A stretch of DNA of 64,000 nt from NCBI GenBank assembly GCA_963779755.1, contig CAVZZO010000003.1, forward strand, positions 224,001 to 288,000, given 5' to 3'. A program made the translations under genes and the position numbers. The notes below the pieces were generated by a model. That model searched no databases and was not told where the DNA came from. It saw only the letters and a program-made list of their open reading frames with translations. Position 1 is the first letter of the stretch, and each line of letters opens with the position of its first letter. This DNA is from an uncultured Gemmatimonadales bacterium (GTDB taxonomy: Bacteria > Gemmatimonadota > Gemmatimonadetes > Gemmatimonadales > GWC2-71-9). Shown one piece after another: positions 1 to 8,533 of this stretch.

Positions 1-329
1 GGATCGAGTCCCCGCTTGACGTAGATGGACGCAAGCTCCTCCCGCTCGAAGGGCTCGTCCGTCTCCAGCTCGTGCCGTTCCCGCGCCAGATCCGCCTTCT
101 CGGTATCGGCCTGGGAACTCACCGAAACGTATTCCCCGGCCGCCATGGACATGGCACCGGCAACGAGGCCTGCCATCCCCGCAATCAGCACCCCGCTCCG
201 GGTCGTGCTCGCGGCCGCCACTCCCAATACCAGGCTGGCGGTGGAGACAATACCGTCGTTGGCCCCCAGCACCGCTGCGCGCAACCATCCGATCCGTTCC
301 GCATAGTGCCGTTCTCGATGTCTCGGCAT
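1..329 (-). CDS. VIT1/CCC1 family iron/manganese transporter (runs off the window edge)
   Basis: Manual translation from ATG at 329 (GAGGAGG upstream): MPRHRERHYAERIGWLRAAVLGANDGIVSTASLVLGVAAA...AGAMSMAAGEYVSVSSQ, the VIT family signature. Absent from the ORF track because it has no stop in the window. Confidence 0.9.
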   Translation of the reverse strand, partial: MPRHRERHYAERIGWLRAAVLGANDGIVSTASLVLGVAAASTTRSGVLIAGMAGLVAGAMSMAAGEYVSVSSQADTEKADLARERHELETDEPFEREELASIYVKRGLD

Positions 330-400
330 TGCCACGGCCTCCTCAGCGGCGCCGCGGAACGTCCAGTCCCGCCGCACTGGTGGACGTCATCCGCCCTGCC

Positions 401-1237
401 CTACCGGCCGAACGTATCGCACGCGTTGGGATCGCCGCTCTCGAGGCCGGCGCGGAGCCATCGTTGCCGCTCGGCCGACGAGCCGTGGGTGAACGTTTCC
501 GGCGAGACCGCCTGGCCGGCGTTGCGCTGGAGGCGGTCGTCTCCGATCGCGGCGGCGGCGGCGAGGCCTTCCTCGACATCGCCGGGCTCGAGCACCTGCC
601 GGGTCCGGTTCGCGCGATTGGCCCAGACGCCGGCATAGCAGTCGGCCTGCAGTTCCATTGCCACCTGGATCCGGTTGGCATCGGCCTGGCTCCGGGCGCC
701 GTCCTGGAGGGCGCGGACCCGTGCCTCGGTACCCAGGAGCTTCTGGACGTGATGCCCCACCTCGTGTCCGATGACATAGGCCTGGGCGAAGTCTCCCGCC
801 CCGCCCAGCCGGGCCAGCTCGTCGAAAAATCCGGTGTCCAGATAGAGCTTTTCGTCACCCGGGCAGTAGAACGGCCCGGTGGCGGCGCTGCTCAATCCGC
901 AGGCGGAGCTTACCGCGCCGGAATACAGCACCAGGGTTGGAGGACGGTACGTCCGGCCATTGGCGGCGAAGAGTTGCCCCCACACGTCCTCGGTCATGCC
1001 GAGAACGGTGCTGACGAACCGGCCGGTTTCGTCCTGTGGCGGGACGGCCGCGGGCGCCGCGCTGTCAGCCTCGCCCGCGCCCTCCAGCAGGCGGAGCACC
1101 TGGCCGGGGTCACCTCCGAGCAGCATCACCACGACCGCTACGATGATCCCTACTCCACCGAGCCCGGCCCCGATCTTGAGCCGCTGGCCGCGGCGGTCCT
1201 CCACATGACTGCTCTCCCTGCCGCCTTGCCACCGCAT
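401..1237 (-). CDS. Neutral zinc metallopeptidase (YpfJ/Zn_peptidase family)
   Basis: MRW..RES..VEDRRG N-terminus, one TM helix, GPFYCP, HEVGHH (HExxH), ELQADCYAG and FTHGSS..R..W motifs. Confidence 0.9.
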   Translation of the reverse strand: MRWQGGRESSHVEDRRGQRLKIGAGLGGVGIIVAVVVMLLGGDPGQVLRLLEGAGEADSAAPAAVPPQDETGRFVSTVLGMTEDVWGQLFAANGRTYRPPTLVLYSGAVSSACGLSSAATGPFYCPGDEKLYLDTGFFDELARLGGAGDFAQAYVIGHEVGHHVQKLLGTEARVRALQDGARSQADANRIQVAMELQADCYAGVWANRANRTRQVLEPGDVEEGLAAAAAIGDDRLQRNAGQAVSPETFTHGSSAERQRWLRAGLESGDPNACDTFGR

Positions 1238-1300
1238 AGGTCGCTCCCTTCAGTGGACCCCGCCTGCCGGAAAGAGGATAATCGGCGGGCCCCGCCCCGG

Positions 1301-2227
1301 CTATCCGGCGATCACCAGTGTCCGGCGCATGGCGTCCAGGCGGTTCAGCAGCGCCGGGCGGTCGAACGCCGTCACGGTCCCCGACGGATAGTTCTCCAGC
1401 ACGGTCCAGTGGATGAGGTACCGGACCGCCAGGCAGGGGCTGGTGCCGGGAACGGCGTACACCATCTCCTGATAGCGGTTGCCCGCGCCGGCATCGGTGC
1501 GGCGGGCGAAGGAATAGGTCGTTCCCGCGTCGGATACCGTCGAATCGTGCACGCCGCCGCCCAGAAACCGGGCCGCCGTGCAATCGCCGGCGGACGGCAT
1601 CGTCTCCACACTGAGATGGCTGTCTGCGGAAAGGTTCGTGCCCCGGGCAAGCGACGCCGGCACGGAGAACGCCACGCCCGGGATCTGCTCCCCCGGCCCC
1701 AGCGCCTGATAGCGATAGGCGGTGTCCACCGTGTAATCCGCCGGATAGCGGATGGAGAATCCCTTCGCCGCGCCAAGGAAGATCCGCGGCAGGCCGCCGG
1801 GATCCGGCGCCACCCTGACGCACTGGCGGAGCGCCGCCCCGGACTCCTGCAGCAGCGCGCCGTTGCCCTTCCCCCAGAAAATCAGGCTGTCTCTTCCCCC
1901 GGCGGTATCGCCGGCGGCATACCGAACGCCATCGGCGGAGAGAGTCCGCTCGAGTGTGATGGTGCGGCCGGCATCGAAGGTGAGCCGGGCGCGGCCCTGG
2001 GGCCGGGGACGCCTGCCGGGCGCCGGCGCCGGAGATGCCGTCCCCGGATAGAAGACAGCGGTCAAGGCCACTCCCCCCTCGCACAGATACGCCGCCGTCG
2101 CGCTCGGCTCCTCATGGGTGCCGATGGCCGCCCGTTTGCCGGTGCAGCCAGGTACCCAGAGGGCCAGGCCGGCGGCAGCCGTCAGGGCGAGGATTGCGGA
2201 AGCTCTACTGCATTCCGGCGACGGCAC
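1301..2227 (-). CDS. Putative lipoprotein with an MliC/PliC-like lysozyme-inhibitor domain and an uncharacterised C-terminal domain
   Basis: Start moved to GTG 2227 (GGAGG upstream) because the longer ORF overlaps the divergent gene. Hydrophobic signal ending VPGC; YLC...L..TLSADGVRY...FWGKG resembles the MliC SxSGxxY/FWxKG pattern. Confidence 0.65.
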   Translation of the reverse strand: MPSPECSRASAILALTAAAGLALWVPGCTGKRAAIGTHEEPSATAAYLCEGGVALTAVFYPGTASPAPAPGRRPRPQGRARLTFDAGRTITLERTLSADGVRYAAGDTAGGRDSLIFWGKGNGALLQESGAALRQCVRVAPDPGGLPRIFLGAAKGFSIRYPADYTVDTAYRYQALGPGEQIPGVAFSVPASLARGTNLSADSHLSVETMPSAGDCTAARFLGGGVHDSTVSDAGTTYSFARRTDAGAGNRYQEMVYAVPGTSPCLAVRYLIHWTVLENYPSGTVTAFDRPALLNRLDAMRRTLVIAG

Positions 2228-2313
2228 TCTGCCAAACCTCCCATTATGGACAGACCCGGAAGTGACCGTACCTTGAAGATAGGTTCCTTCTAACTCCTGG
2301 TGGCAGGCCCCCC

Positions 2314-4617
2314 ATGCCTCTCCCGCACACTCGCCTCTATCGTTCCGTGCCCCTCCTGCTGCTGGCATCCACCCTGCTGCCAGCGGGTGCCCGCGCGCAG
2401 CGGCCGGCTCAACGCGCGGAGTTCACGGCGCTGCGGGATTCGCTCGCCGCGGTCGAGGACTCCACCGGGCTGCTTGCCCTGGAACGGCGCACCATCGTGG
2501 TCGCGAAGCAGCACCGCGACAATCCGGCCATCCATGTCCGCCTCGCCATGATCGCGCAACGCCTGGGCCAGCTGGGCGCCAGCGCCGATCATTTCAACGA
2601 TGCCGGCAGCGAAGGCGAATGGGCCACGGAGCTGGCCCAGGACTGGCCCTGGGCCTGGTACGTGCTGGGCCGCGCCAACCTCGCCTTGCGGGAAATGCCG
2701 CCCACCGCCGTGGTCGGCACCAACCGTCTGCGGAAGGTGCTCAATGTCGATGAGACCTCGGAGGCGCTGAAGGATTTCCAGCACGCGGTGGCGCTGGACC
2801 CCACCTTCGCCCCGGCGCTCCGCGGCCTGGTGGATGCCGCGCTCGACGAACAGAGCGCCGGCCATCAGCGTGAGGCACTGGCCGCGGTGCGCGAGGCGGC
2901 GGCGCGGGGCTCCGCGGAATCGCCCGAGCTGCTGCTGGCCCGCGCGGAGATCGAGCGTCAGTTGGGCGACCCCGATTCCGCCCTGGCCGCGTATCGCCGC
3001 TATCGCGCCCGCGGCGGCGACGAGGCGCTGGCCCTGCTGGAGGAGGCCAAGACGCTCTTCCTGCTGCAGCAGCCGGTCGCGGCGCGCACGATTTACGACT
3101 CGGCGGCCGACCGGCTCGGCTCCGACACCAGCGTGGCCGACATGCGGCAGGACCTGGCCTGGATCGCGGATTCCGCGGAACTCAAGGCCTACGATGCGCT
3201 GCGCCCCGGCGAATACGGCGGCTGGATCCGGAAATTCTGGCAACGGCGCGACCTGGCGGACGCGCGCCAGTCGGGCGAACGACTCACGGAGCATTACCGG
3301 CGGCTCTTCTACGTGCTCCAGCATTTCCGCCGGGCCGGCGCCTATCGCGAAGTAGACCTGGTCTTCCGCTATCACAGCGGTCAGCAGTGGGTGGATGATC
3401 GCGGGGTCGTATACATGCGTCACGGGCCGCCGGACGACGTCGCGACCTACACCAACATTGGGGTGCCACCCAACATCTCCTGGCTCTATCACCGGCCCGG
3501 AGGCGACATCATCCTCCATTTCAGCACCGGCACGGGCGCCCGCGATTACCGACTCATTGAAAGTCTGGCCGACCTCTACGGTTTCGAAACCGCCCACTGG
3601 CTCCAGACCGGGGCCTTCACCAGCTCCGAACTGCCGCGGGCAGGCTGTACGGGGGTCATCGGCGGTGGGTGCGATCAGTTCGCGGCGGTCCGGCCGGTAT
3701 TCGAATCGCGCAGCAGCCTGGACCCGATCTACGATCGCATCGCCTCCTCGGGCGATTTGGGCGCCAGGGCCACCCTGACGCAGGAACGGAGCATGGGCCA
3801 GGCGGGCATCGCCGTCGCCACCACCACCGACGACGATCTGCTGCGTTTCAAGCAGCGCCTGCCCGCATCGGTGCAGCGCTTCGGCATCGGCACCGGCCAG
3901 GGCGGCCGGATCCTGGTAGTGCTCGGGGTGCGGGCCGGGGATCTCGTGCCGGTCCAGCAGGCCGGTGGACATACCGCCTACCCGCTGGGAATCCGGATCT
4001 ATGCCGAGGCGGCCGGCGGGCAGGTGCGACTGATCGATACCAGCGCCACCTTCGCCACCGCGACACCGTACCCTCCCGATCGGCTGCTGAGCTGGACCAC
4101 CGCCATTCCCGCCACGCCCGGTGACGCGCGGCTCACCGTAGCGCTGGCGGTCGCGGCCAGCCAAGCGGGCATTGCGCGCCGCTGGGACAGCGTGCCCGTC
4201 CCGGACCTGGCTGCCGGCCGCCTGACCATGAGCGACCTGGTGACCGGCCGGCGGGAGATGGGAGTGCAGTATCCCGCGGGCCGCGATACCCTGGTTCTGA
4301 ACCCGCTCGACAGCTGGCCCACCGGTGGCAACATGACGGTCTATTACCAGCTGGGCGGCCTGAGGCCGGGGAGCGGCTACCGGACCAGCATCGAAGTGGT
4401 CCAGCTTCACCAGGGTGTCATCAGCAAGCTGCTGGGGAGTGCGCCGCGAGCCATCCGCGTCTCCTTCGATGAACCGGCCACCGGGCCCACCGCGCGCGTC
4501 ACCCGCACCGTCAAGCTGGCCGGTCTCTCACCGGGGGCCTACCGCCTGATCGTGACGGTGACCGGACCCGGGGGGGAAGACATCCGACGGACTACGGATT
4601 TCGAGGTGAGCCACTAG
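2314..4617 (+). CDS. Secreted TPR + GWxTD-domain protein
   Basis: Signal peptide, TPR-like helices, FW.RRD...EHYRR....WVDDRGVVYMRHGPPD (degenerate GWxTD signature), C-terminal beta-rich/Ig-like region. Confidence 0.75.
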   Translation: MPLPHTRLYRSVPLLLLASTLLPAGARAQRPAQRAEFTALRDSLAAVEDSTGLLALERRTIVVAKQHRDNPAIHVRLAMIAQRLGQLGASADHFNDAGSEGEWATELAQDWPWAWYVLGRANLALREMPPTAVVGTNRLRKVLNVDETSEALKDFQHAVALDPTFAPALRGLVDAALDEQSAGHQREALAAVREAAARGSAESPELLLARAEIERQLGDPDSALAAYRRYRARGGDEALALLEEAKTLFLLQQPVAARTIYDSAADRLGSDTSVADMRQDLAWIADSAELKAYDALRPGEYGGWIRKFWQRRDLADARQSGERLTEHYRRLFYVLQHFRRAGAYREVDLVFRYHSGQQWVDDRGVVYMRHGPPDDVATYTNIGVPPNISWLYHRPGGDIILHFSTGTGARDYRLIESLADLYGFETAHWLQTGAFTSSELPRAGCTGVIGGGCDQFAAVRPVFESRSSLDPIYDRIASSGDLGARATLTQERSMGQAGIAVATTTDDDLLRFKQRLPASVQRFGIGTGQGGRILVVLGVRAGDLVPVQQAGGHTAYPLGIRIYAEAAGGQVRLIDTSATFATATPYPPDRLLSWTTAIPATPGDARLTVALAVAASQAGIARRWDSVPVPDLAAGRLTMSDLVTGRREMGVQYPAGRDTLVLNPLDSWPTGGNMTVYYQLGGLRPGSGYRTSIEVVQLHQGVISKLLGSAPRAIRVSFDEPATGPTARVTRTVKLAGLSPGAYRLIVTVTGPGGEDIRRTTDFEVSH

Positions 4618-4631
4618 CGTCATCCCGGGGC

Positions 4632-7253
4632 TCAGCGCGTCAGCCGCTCCACCCTGGCCGGGAACCGGGTGATCACCCCCAGGCTCCGGGCCTGCCGTTC
4701 CGGACGGGTGAGGAGCACCAGCAGGCGCCCATCGGGACTCATCGCGTGATTCCAGGCAAAGGTTGCCAGGAAGGGGCCTTCGGCCAGCAGCTGGGGGCGA
4801 CCCGAGTGGAAGCCGCCGGCCGTGGAAACCGGGACTCTGAAGTAGCGGGAACCATCCCGGTATATCAGGCCGTCGCCTTGGGGCGTCCACAGCGGTTGCT
4901 GCCCCCGCTCGGCCACCAGGTGAATCGCGCCGGTCGGAGGCACGGGCGAGACCTGCACCGCACCATTGACTCCCCCCCACGCGGCCCAGCGGCCATCGGG
5001 AGAAAAACTGGCCGCGAAGCCACGGGCAGGGATCGGCGTTCTGGCCGTGTCGCCGCTCAGCGAGCGGATATAGAGATCGCCGGTACGCCAGTCCGAAAAG
5101 ATGAAGGAGTTGCCATCCGGCGCCACCGTCATGTACGAGGCGCCGTACAGATGGAGATCCCTCCACTGGCCAGTCTCCAGTGACTGGATCCGGGCACCGT
5201 AGTTCACGAATTGCACCGGGTCCCACAGGCCGATCATCAGCTCCCGGCCCGAGGGCAGCCATGAGGCCGGATACGGCCGATAATTCCCTTCTACTGGAAC
5301 CTGTTGCCGCAGGCCGGTGGCGAGATCCATGAGGAGAACCTCCCAGACCCCGACCGGGTTGCGCATCTGGGCGGCCAGCCGCGTTCCGTCCGGGGAGAGG
5401 CGGGGCTGGACGTAGGGGCCACGGGGAATCGGCAAGGTGTCAATGCGGCCCGACGGATCGATGAACGCCGGGTTCACATAGAGCTGGTTGCCGCCGGGAA
5501 CATAGATGAGCGTGCCTTCGGGCGAGATGGCGAATTCACCGTACCCGAACCCCGCCTCCATCCGGACGCTATCCAGGACGGGCACCGGTTCGCCCAGCAC
5601 TCGGCGGCCGGCCCCGTCGAACCGCATGGCCATGAGATTCCCGTCGCCCGCGGCGTACACCAGGAAGCCGGGTTCGATCCAGTGCGGGCTGGTACCAAAC
5701 AGGAGTTCACCCTGCCGGACCGAATCGAGCGCCAGAACCCCGCGCCGGGTGATCGCAAGCTCCCGGCCGTCCGGCACCCCGAGCAGTCCGAGCTGGCCCG
5801 AGCCGAGTTGCCCGACTGCCCATTTCGCGCCGGGCAATACCTCCGGCGTGCCGAACTGGGTGGCCAGGTGCACGACCGAGTCGGTGGTGGCCCCCGTAGC
5901 CGAGATCCAGTGCAGGTCGAATCCCTCGTTCTCCAGCACCAGCATACGGTCGTCGGAGAGCCAGGTCGCCCCCGTAATGCGGTCGACCTGTGCCAGGGTG
6001 ATCGGCTCGCCGCCGGCGGTGAGCACCTTGCGCAACAGGTTGCCGGAGAAGAACGCAATCCACATCCCGTCCGGGGAATAGAACGGGTGATAGGCCCCTT
6101 CGGTGCCCGGCAGCAGAACTGCCGAATCGCTGTCCAGCGCCCGCACCGCCAGCATGGTGGTCGAACCCTGCGGAGCGATGTAGGCCAGGTGGTCCCCTCG
6201 GGGAGAAAGCGCGAGTGCCGTTTGCCAGCCCTGGGCAGGACTGGGGCCGGTCAGCGCGACCGGCGCGGCCTCAGGCAAGTTGAGGTTCCAGCGCCTGGGC
6301 TCGGGTGGCGATGACCGGCGTCCGAGATACCCGGTGACCCCGCCCAGCAGCAGTCCCGCGGCGACGCCTGCCAGGACCAGAGCCGAGGTATGCCGGCGAC
6401 GTGCCGGCCACCGCGCACCCGGGGCCCCGTCCAGCGCCGCGGCGAACTCGGCAGCGGTGGAGAAGCGGTCGCCCGGCACCGCCTCCAGCGCACGGTGCAC
6501 CGCGGAGGCCAGTCCGTCCGGGACCGACGGGCGACGCCGCGCCAGCGGCTCGGCCTTGCTGGTGAGCGCCGCCGCAATCACCGCCTGGCTGGTGGGCCCG
6601 GTGAACGGCGGCTCGCCGGCGAGCATCTCGTACAGCACGCAGCCCAGGGCGTAGATGTCCGTCCGCGCGTCAACCGACCGCTCTCCCGATGCCTGCTCCG
6701 GACTCATGTAGCTCGGGGTGCCGATGGAAATTCCGGTATGGGTCAGCCGGTCGCCGCCCGCCGCACGTACCGCCAGCGCGATGCCGAAATCCGCCAGCAG
6801 AGGTTGTCCGTCATGGAGCAGGATGTTCTCGGGCTTGATATCCCGGTGCACGATGCCCTGACGATGGGCGTAGTCGAGCGCCCCGGCTACGGCTCGCCCG
6901 ATCGACACGGCATCGCCGACCGGTAGCTGCCGCTCCCGGGTCAGCCGCTCGCGCAGCGATTCGCCCTGAACCACCGGCATGACATAGTAGAGGAGCCCGC
7001 CCGACGCACCGGAATCGTAAAGCGGAAGGATGTGCGGATGTTGCAGCCGGGAGGTAACCTGGATCTCCCGCAGAAAGCGGTCGGCGCCCACCACGGCCGA
7101 GAGCTCCGGACGCAGCACCTTGACGGCCACCTGCCGGTTGTGCTTCAGGTCGGTGGCCAGAAACACCACCGCCATGCCGCCTTCGCCGAGCAGGCGCTCC
7201 AGCCGGTAGTGCTGGGCCAGGTCCGACTGCAGCTGCTGGAGGGGCCCATTCAG
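4632..7253 (-). CDS. Hanks-type Ser/Thr protein kinase with a TM helix and a TolB/PD40-like beta-propeller
   Basis: VAVK, HRDIKPEN, DFG, GTPSYMSPEQ motifs; TM; repeated SPDG blades. The frame extends upstream of ATG 7175 through YRLERLLGEGG to CTG 7253, so the start is uncertain. Confidence 0.9.
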   Translation of the reverse strand: MNGPLQQLQSDLAQHYRLERLLGEGGMAVVFLATDLKHNRQVAVKVLRPELSAVVGADRFLREIQVTSRLQHPHILPLYDSGASGGLLYYVMPVVQGESLRERLTRERQLPVGDAVSIGRAVAGALDYAHRQGIVHRDIKPENILLHDGQPLLADFGIALAVRAAGGDRLTHTGISIGTPSYMSPEQASGERSVDARTDIYALGCVLYEMLAGEPPFTGPTSQAVIAAALTSKAEPLARRRPSVPDGLASAVHRALEAVPGDRFSTAAEFAAALDGAPGARWPARRRHTSALVLAGVAAGLLLGGVTGYLGRRSSPPEPRRWNLNLPEAAPVALTGPSPAQGWQTALALSPRGDHLAYIAPQGSTTMLAVRALDSDSAVLLPGTEGAYHPFYSPDGMWIAFFSGNLLRKVLTAGGEPITLAQVDRITGATWLSDDRMLVLENEGFDLHWISATGATTDSVVHLATQFGTPEVLPGAKWAVGQLGSGQLGLLGVPDGRELAITRRGVLALDSVRQGELLFGTSPHWIEPGFLVYAAGDGNLMAMRFDGAGRRVLGEPVPVLDSVRMEAGFGYGEFAISPEGTLIYVPGGNQLYVNPAFIDPSGRIDTLPIPRGPYVQPRLSPDGTRLAAQMRNPVGVWEVLLMDLATGLRQQVPVEGNYRPYPASWLPSGRELMIGLWDPVQFVNYGARIQSLETGQWRDLHLYGASYMTVAPDGNSFIFSDWRTGDLYIRSLSGDTARTPIPARGFAASFSPDGRWAAWGGVNGAVQVSPVPPTGAIHLVAERGQQPLWTPQGDGLIYRDGSRYFRVPVSTAGGFHSGRPQLLAEGPFLATFAWNHAMSPDGRLLVLLTRPERQARSLGVITRFPARVERLTR

Positions 7254-7370
7254 GGGGAAATCCGTAGGCCACTCCTTACCCGGGGCATGGGCGCGCGAAG
7301 TCGGTTTCAGTATAGCGGCGCAACGCGCCGGAAGCCATCGTCTTACCGTCGACTTCGACGGTCCGGCAAC

Positions 7371-7401
7371 AACCTATGGCGGGGGGGGGGCGGCGCGTCA
7401 A
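7371..7401 (-). promoter_or_regulatory. Candidate sigma70-like promoter (TTGACG-19 nt-TAGGTT) with a C10 tract in the spacer, facing the kinase gene
   Basis: Minus strand reads TTGACG cgccg CCCCCCCCCC gcca TAGGTT. Confidence 0.35.
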
Positions 7402-7497
7402 ATACTCCCTCGTCCCTCCCGCAGCTACATTGGGAAGTCGACGTCGGCGCCGCCGCGTGTCCGCGCGGCCGCTGGCGTCCGGACGCAGGAGCCAGCC

Positions 7498-8409
7498 ATG
7501 CGAACACCGGCCACGCTGCTCTGCCTGGGACTCCTGCTGCCGCGACTCGCCGCGGGGCAGGGCCTGGAGAACCGCTACTTCGACTCGGACGGTGTCCGCA
7601 TCCACTACGTGGACGCCGGCGCGGGCGAGCCCGTCCTCCTGATCCACGGTTTCTCGGTGAACCTCGCCGCGAACTGGGTCGGCACCGGCATGGTGGCGGC
7701 GCTCGTCGACGCGGGCTACCGCGTGGTCGCCTACGACGATCGCGGCCACGGCCTGAGCGACAAGCCCCACGATCCGGCAGCCTACGGCGAGCCCGAAATA
7801 GCGGACGCCGTCCGCCTGCTGGATCACGTGGGAATCGACCGCGCCCATGTGGTCGGCTACTCCCGCGGCGGCGTGCTCGCGTTGCAGCTCCGGGCGCAGC
7901 ACCCCGATCGGGTGCGGACGCTGGTCATCGGCGACAGCCCGGGGCTGGCCCGGCGCGTCCGCCTGCTCGAGGTCGCCGGCATGGCCGACTCGGTAGCGGC
8001 CGGCAGTGCCGGCCCGATGATGCGTGCCCTCGCGCCGCCCGGTGAGCCGCCCCCGGCGGCGGACTCCCTCCGCGCCGCGTTCCGCGACGTGTGGCGCGCC
8101 AACGACTTCGCCGCCCTGGCCGCGGTGCTCCGCGCACCGCCCTTCCAGCCGATCGACCTGGAGTCCCTCGCCGGCGACAGCATTCCGACGCTCGTCGTCG
8201 TGGGTCAGCGCGACCCCGTGAAACCCCTCGCTCTCCGTCTCGCCCGGGACCTCGGCGGCGCGGACACCGTGATCATTCCCGGCGCCACCCACCTCTCGGC
8301 GGTGGCCGATCCGGCCTTCGCCAGGGCCGTGCTCGATTTCCTGGCGCGGAACTCCGCGGCGGCGGGAACGCCGCCACGCGGGCACGAGCGACGTCCACGG
8401 TCACCGTGA
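7498..8409 (+). CDS. Secreted alpha/beta-fold hydrolase
   Basis: Signal peptide; HGF oxyanion motif, D.RGHG.S, GYSRG nucleophile elbow, G..D and C-terminal H; GGAG upstream. Confidence 0.9.
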   Translation: MRTPATLLCLGLLLPRLAAGQGLENRYFDSDGVRIHYVDAGAGEPVLLIHGFSVNLAANWVGTGMVAALVDAGYRVVAYDDRGHGLSDKPHDPAAYGEPEIADAVRLLDHVGIDRAHVVGYSRGGVLALQLRAQHPDRVRTLVIGDSPGLARRVRLLEVAGMADSVAAGSAGPMMRALAPPGEPPPAADSLRAAFRDVWRANDFAALAAVLRAPPFQPIDLESLAGDSIPTLVVVGQRDPVKPLALRLARDLGGADTVIIPGATHLSAVADPAFARAVLDFLARNSAAAGTPPRGHERRPRSP

Positions 8410-8533
8410 ACGACGAACCCCGATGGCATCCGTTCCGATCCACACCCGGGATGACGGCATCGCCACCCCCGAGAGCCCCCGCTACTCCGGCTTTTTCCTG
8501 GACGGCGGCGGCAACGGTGACCTCCACCGACGA

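Noticed and set aside
8410..8533. Possible REP element or bidirectional terminator between the hydrolase and recG
   Set aside because: Only weak, imperfect inverted repeats; no convincing stem could be defined.
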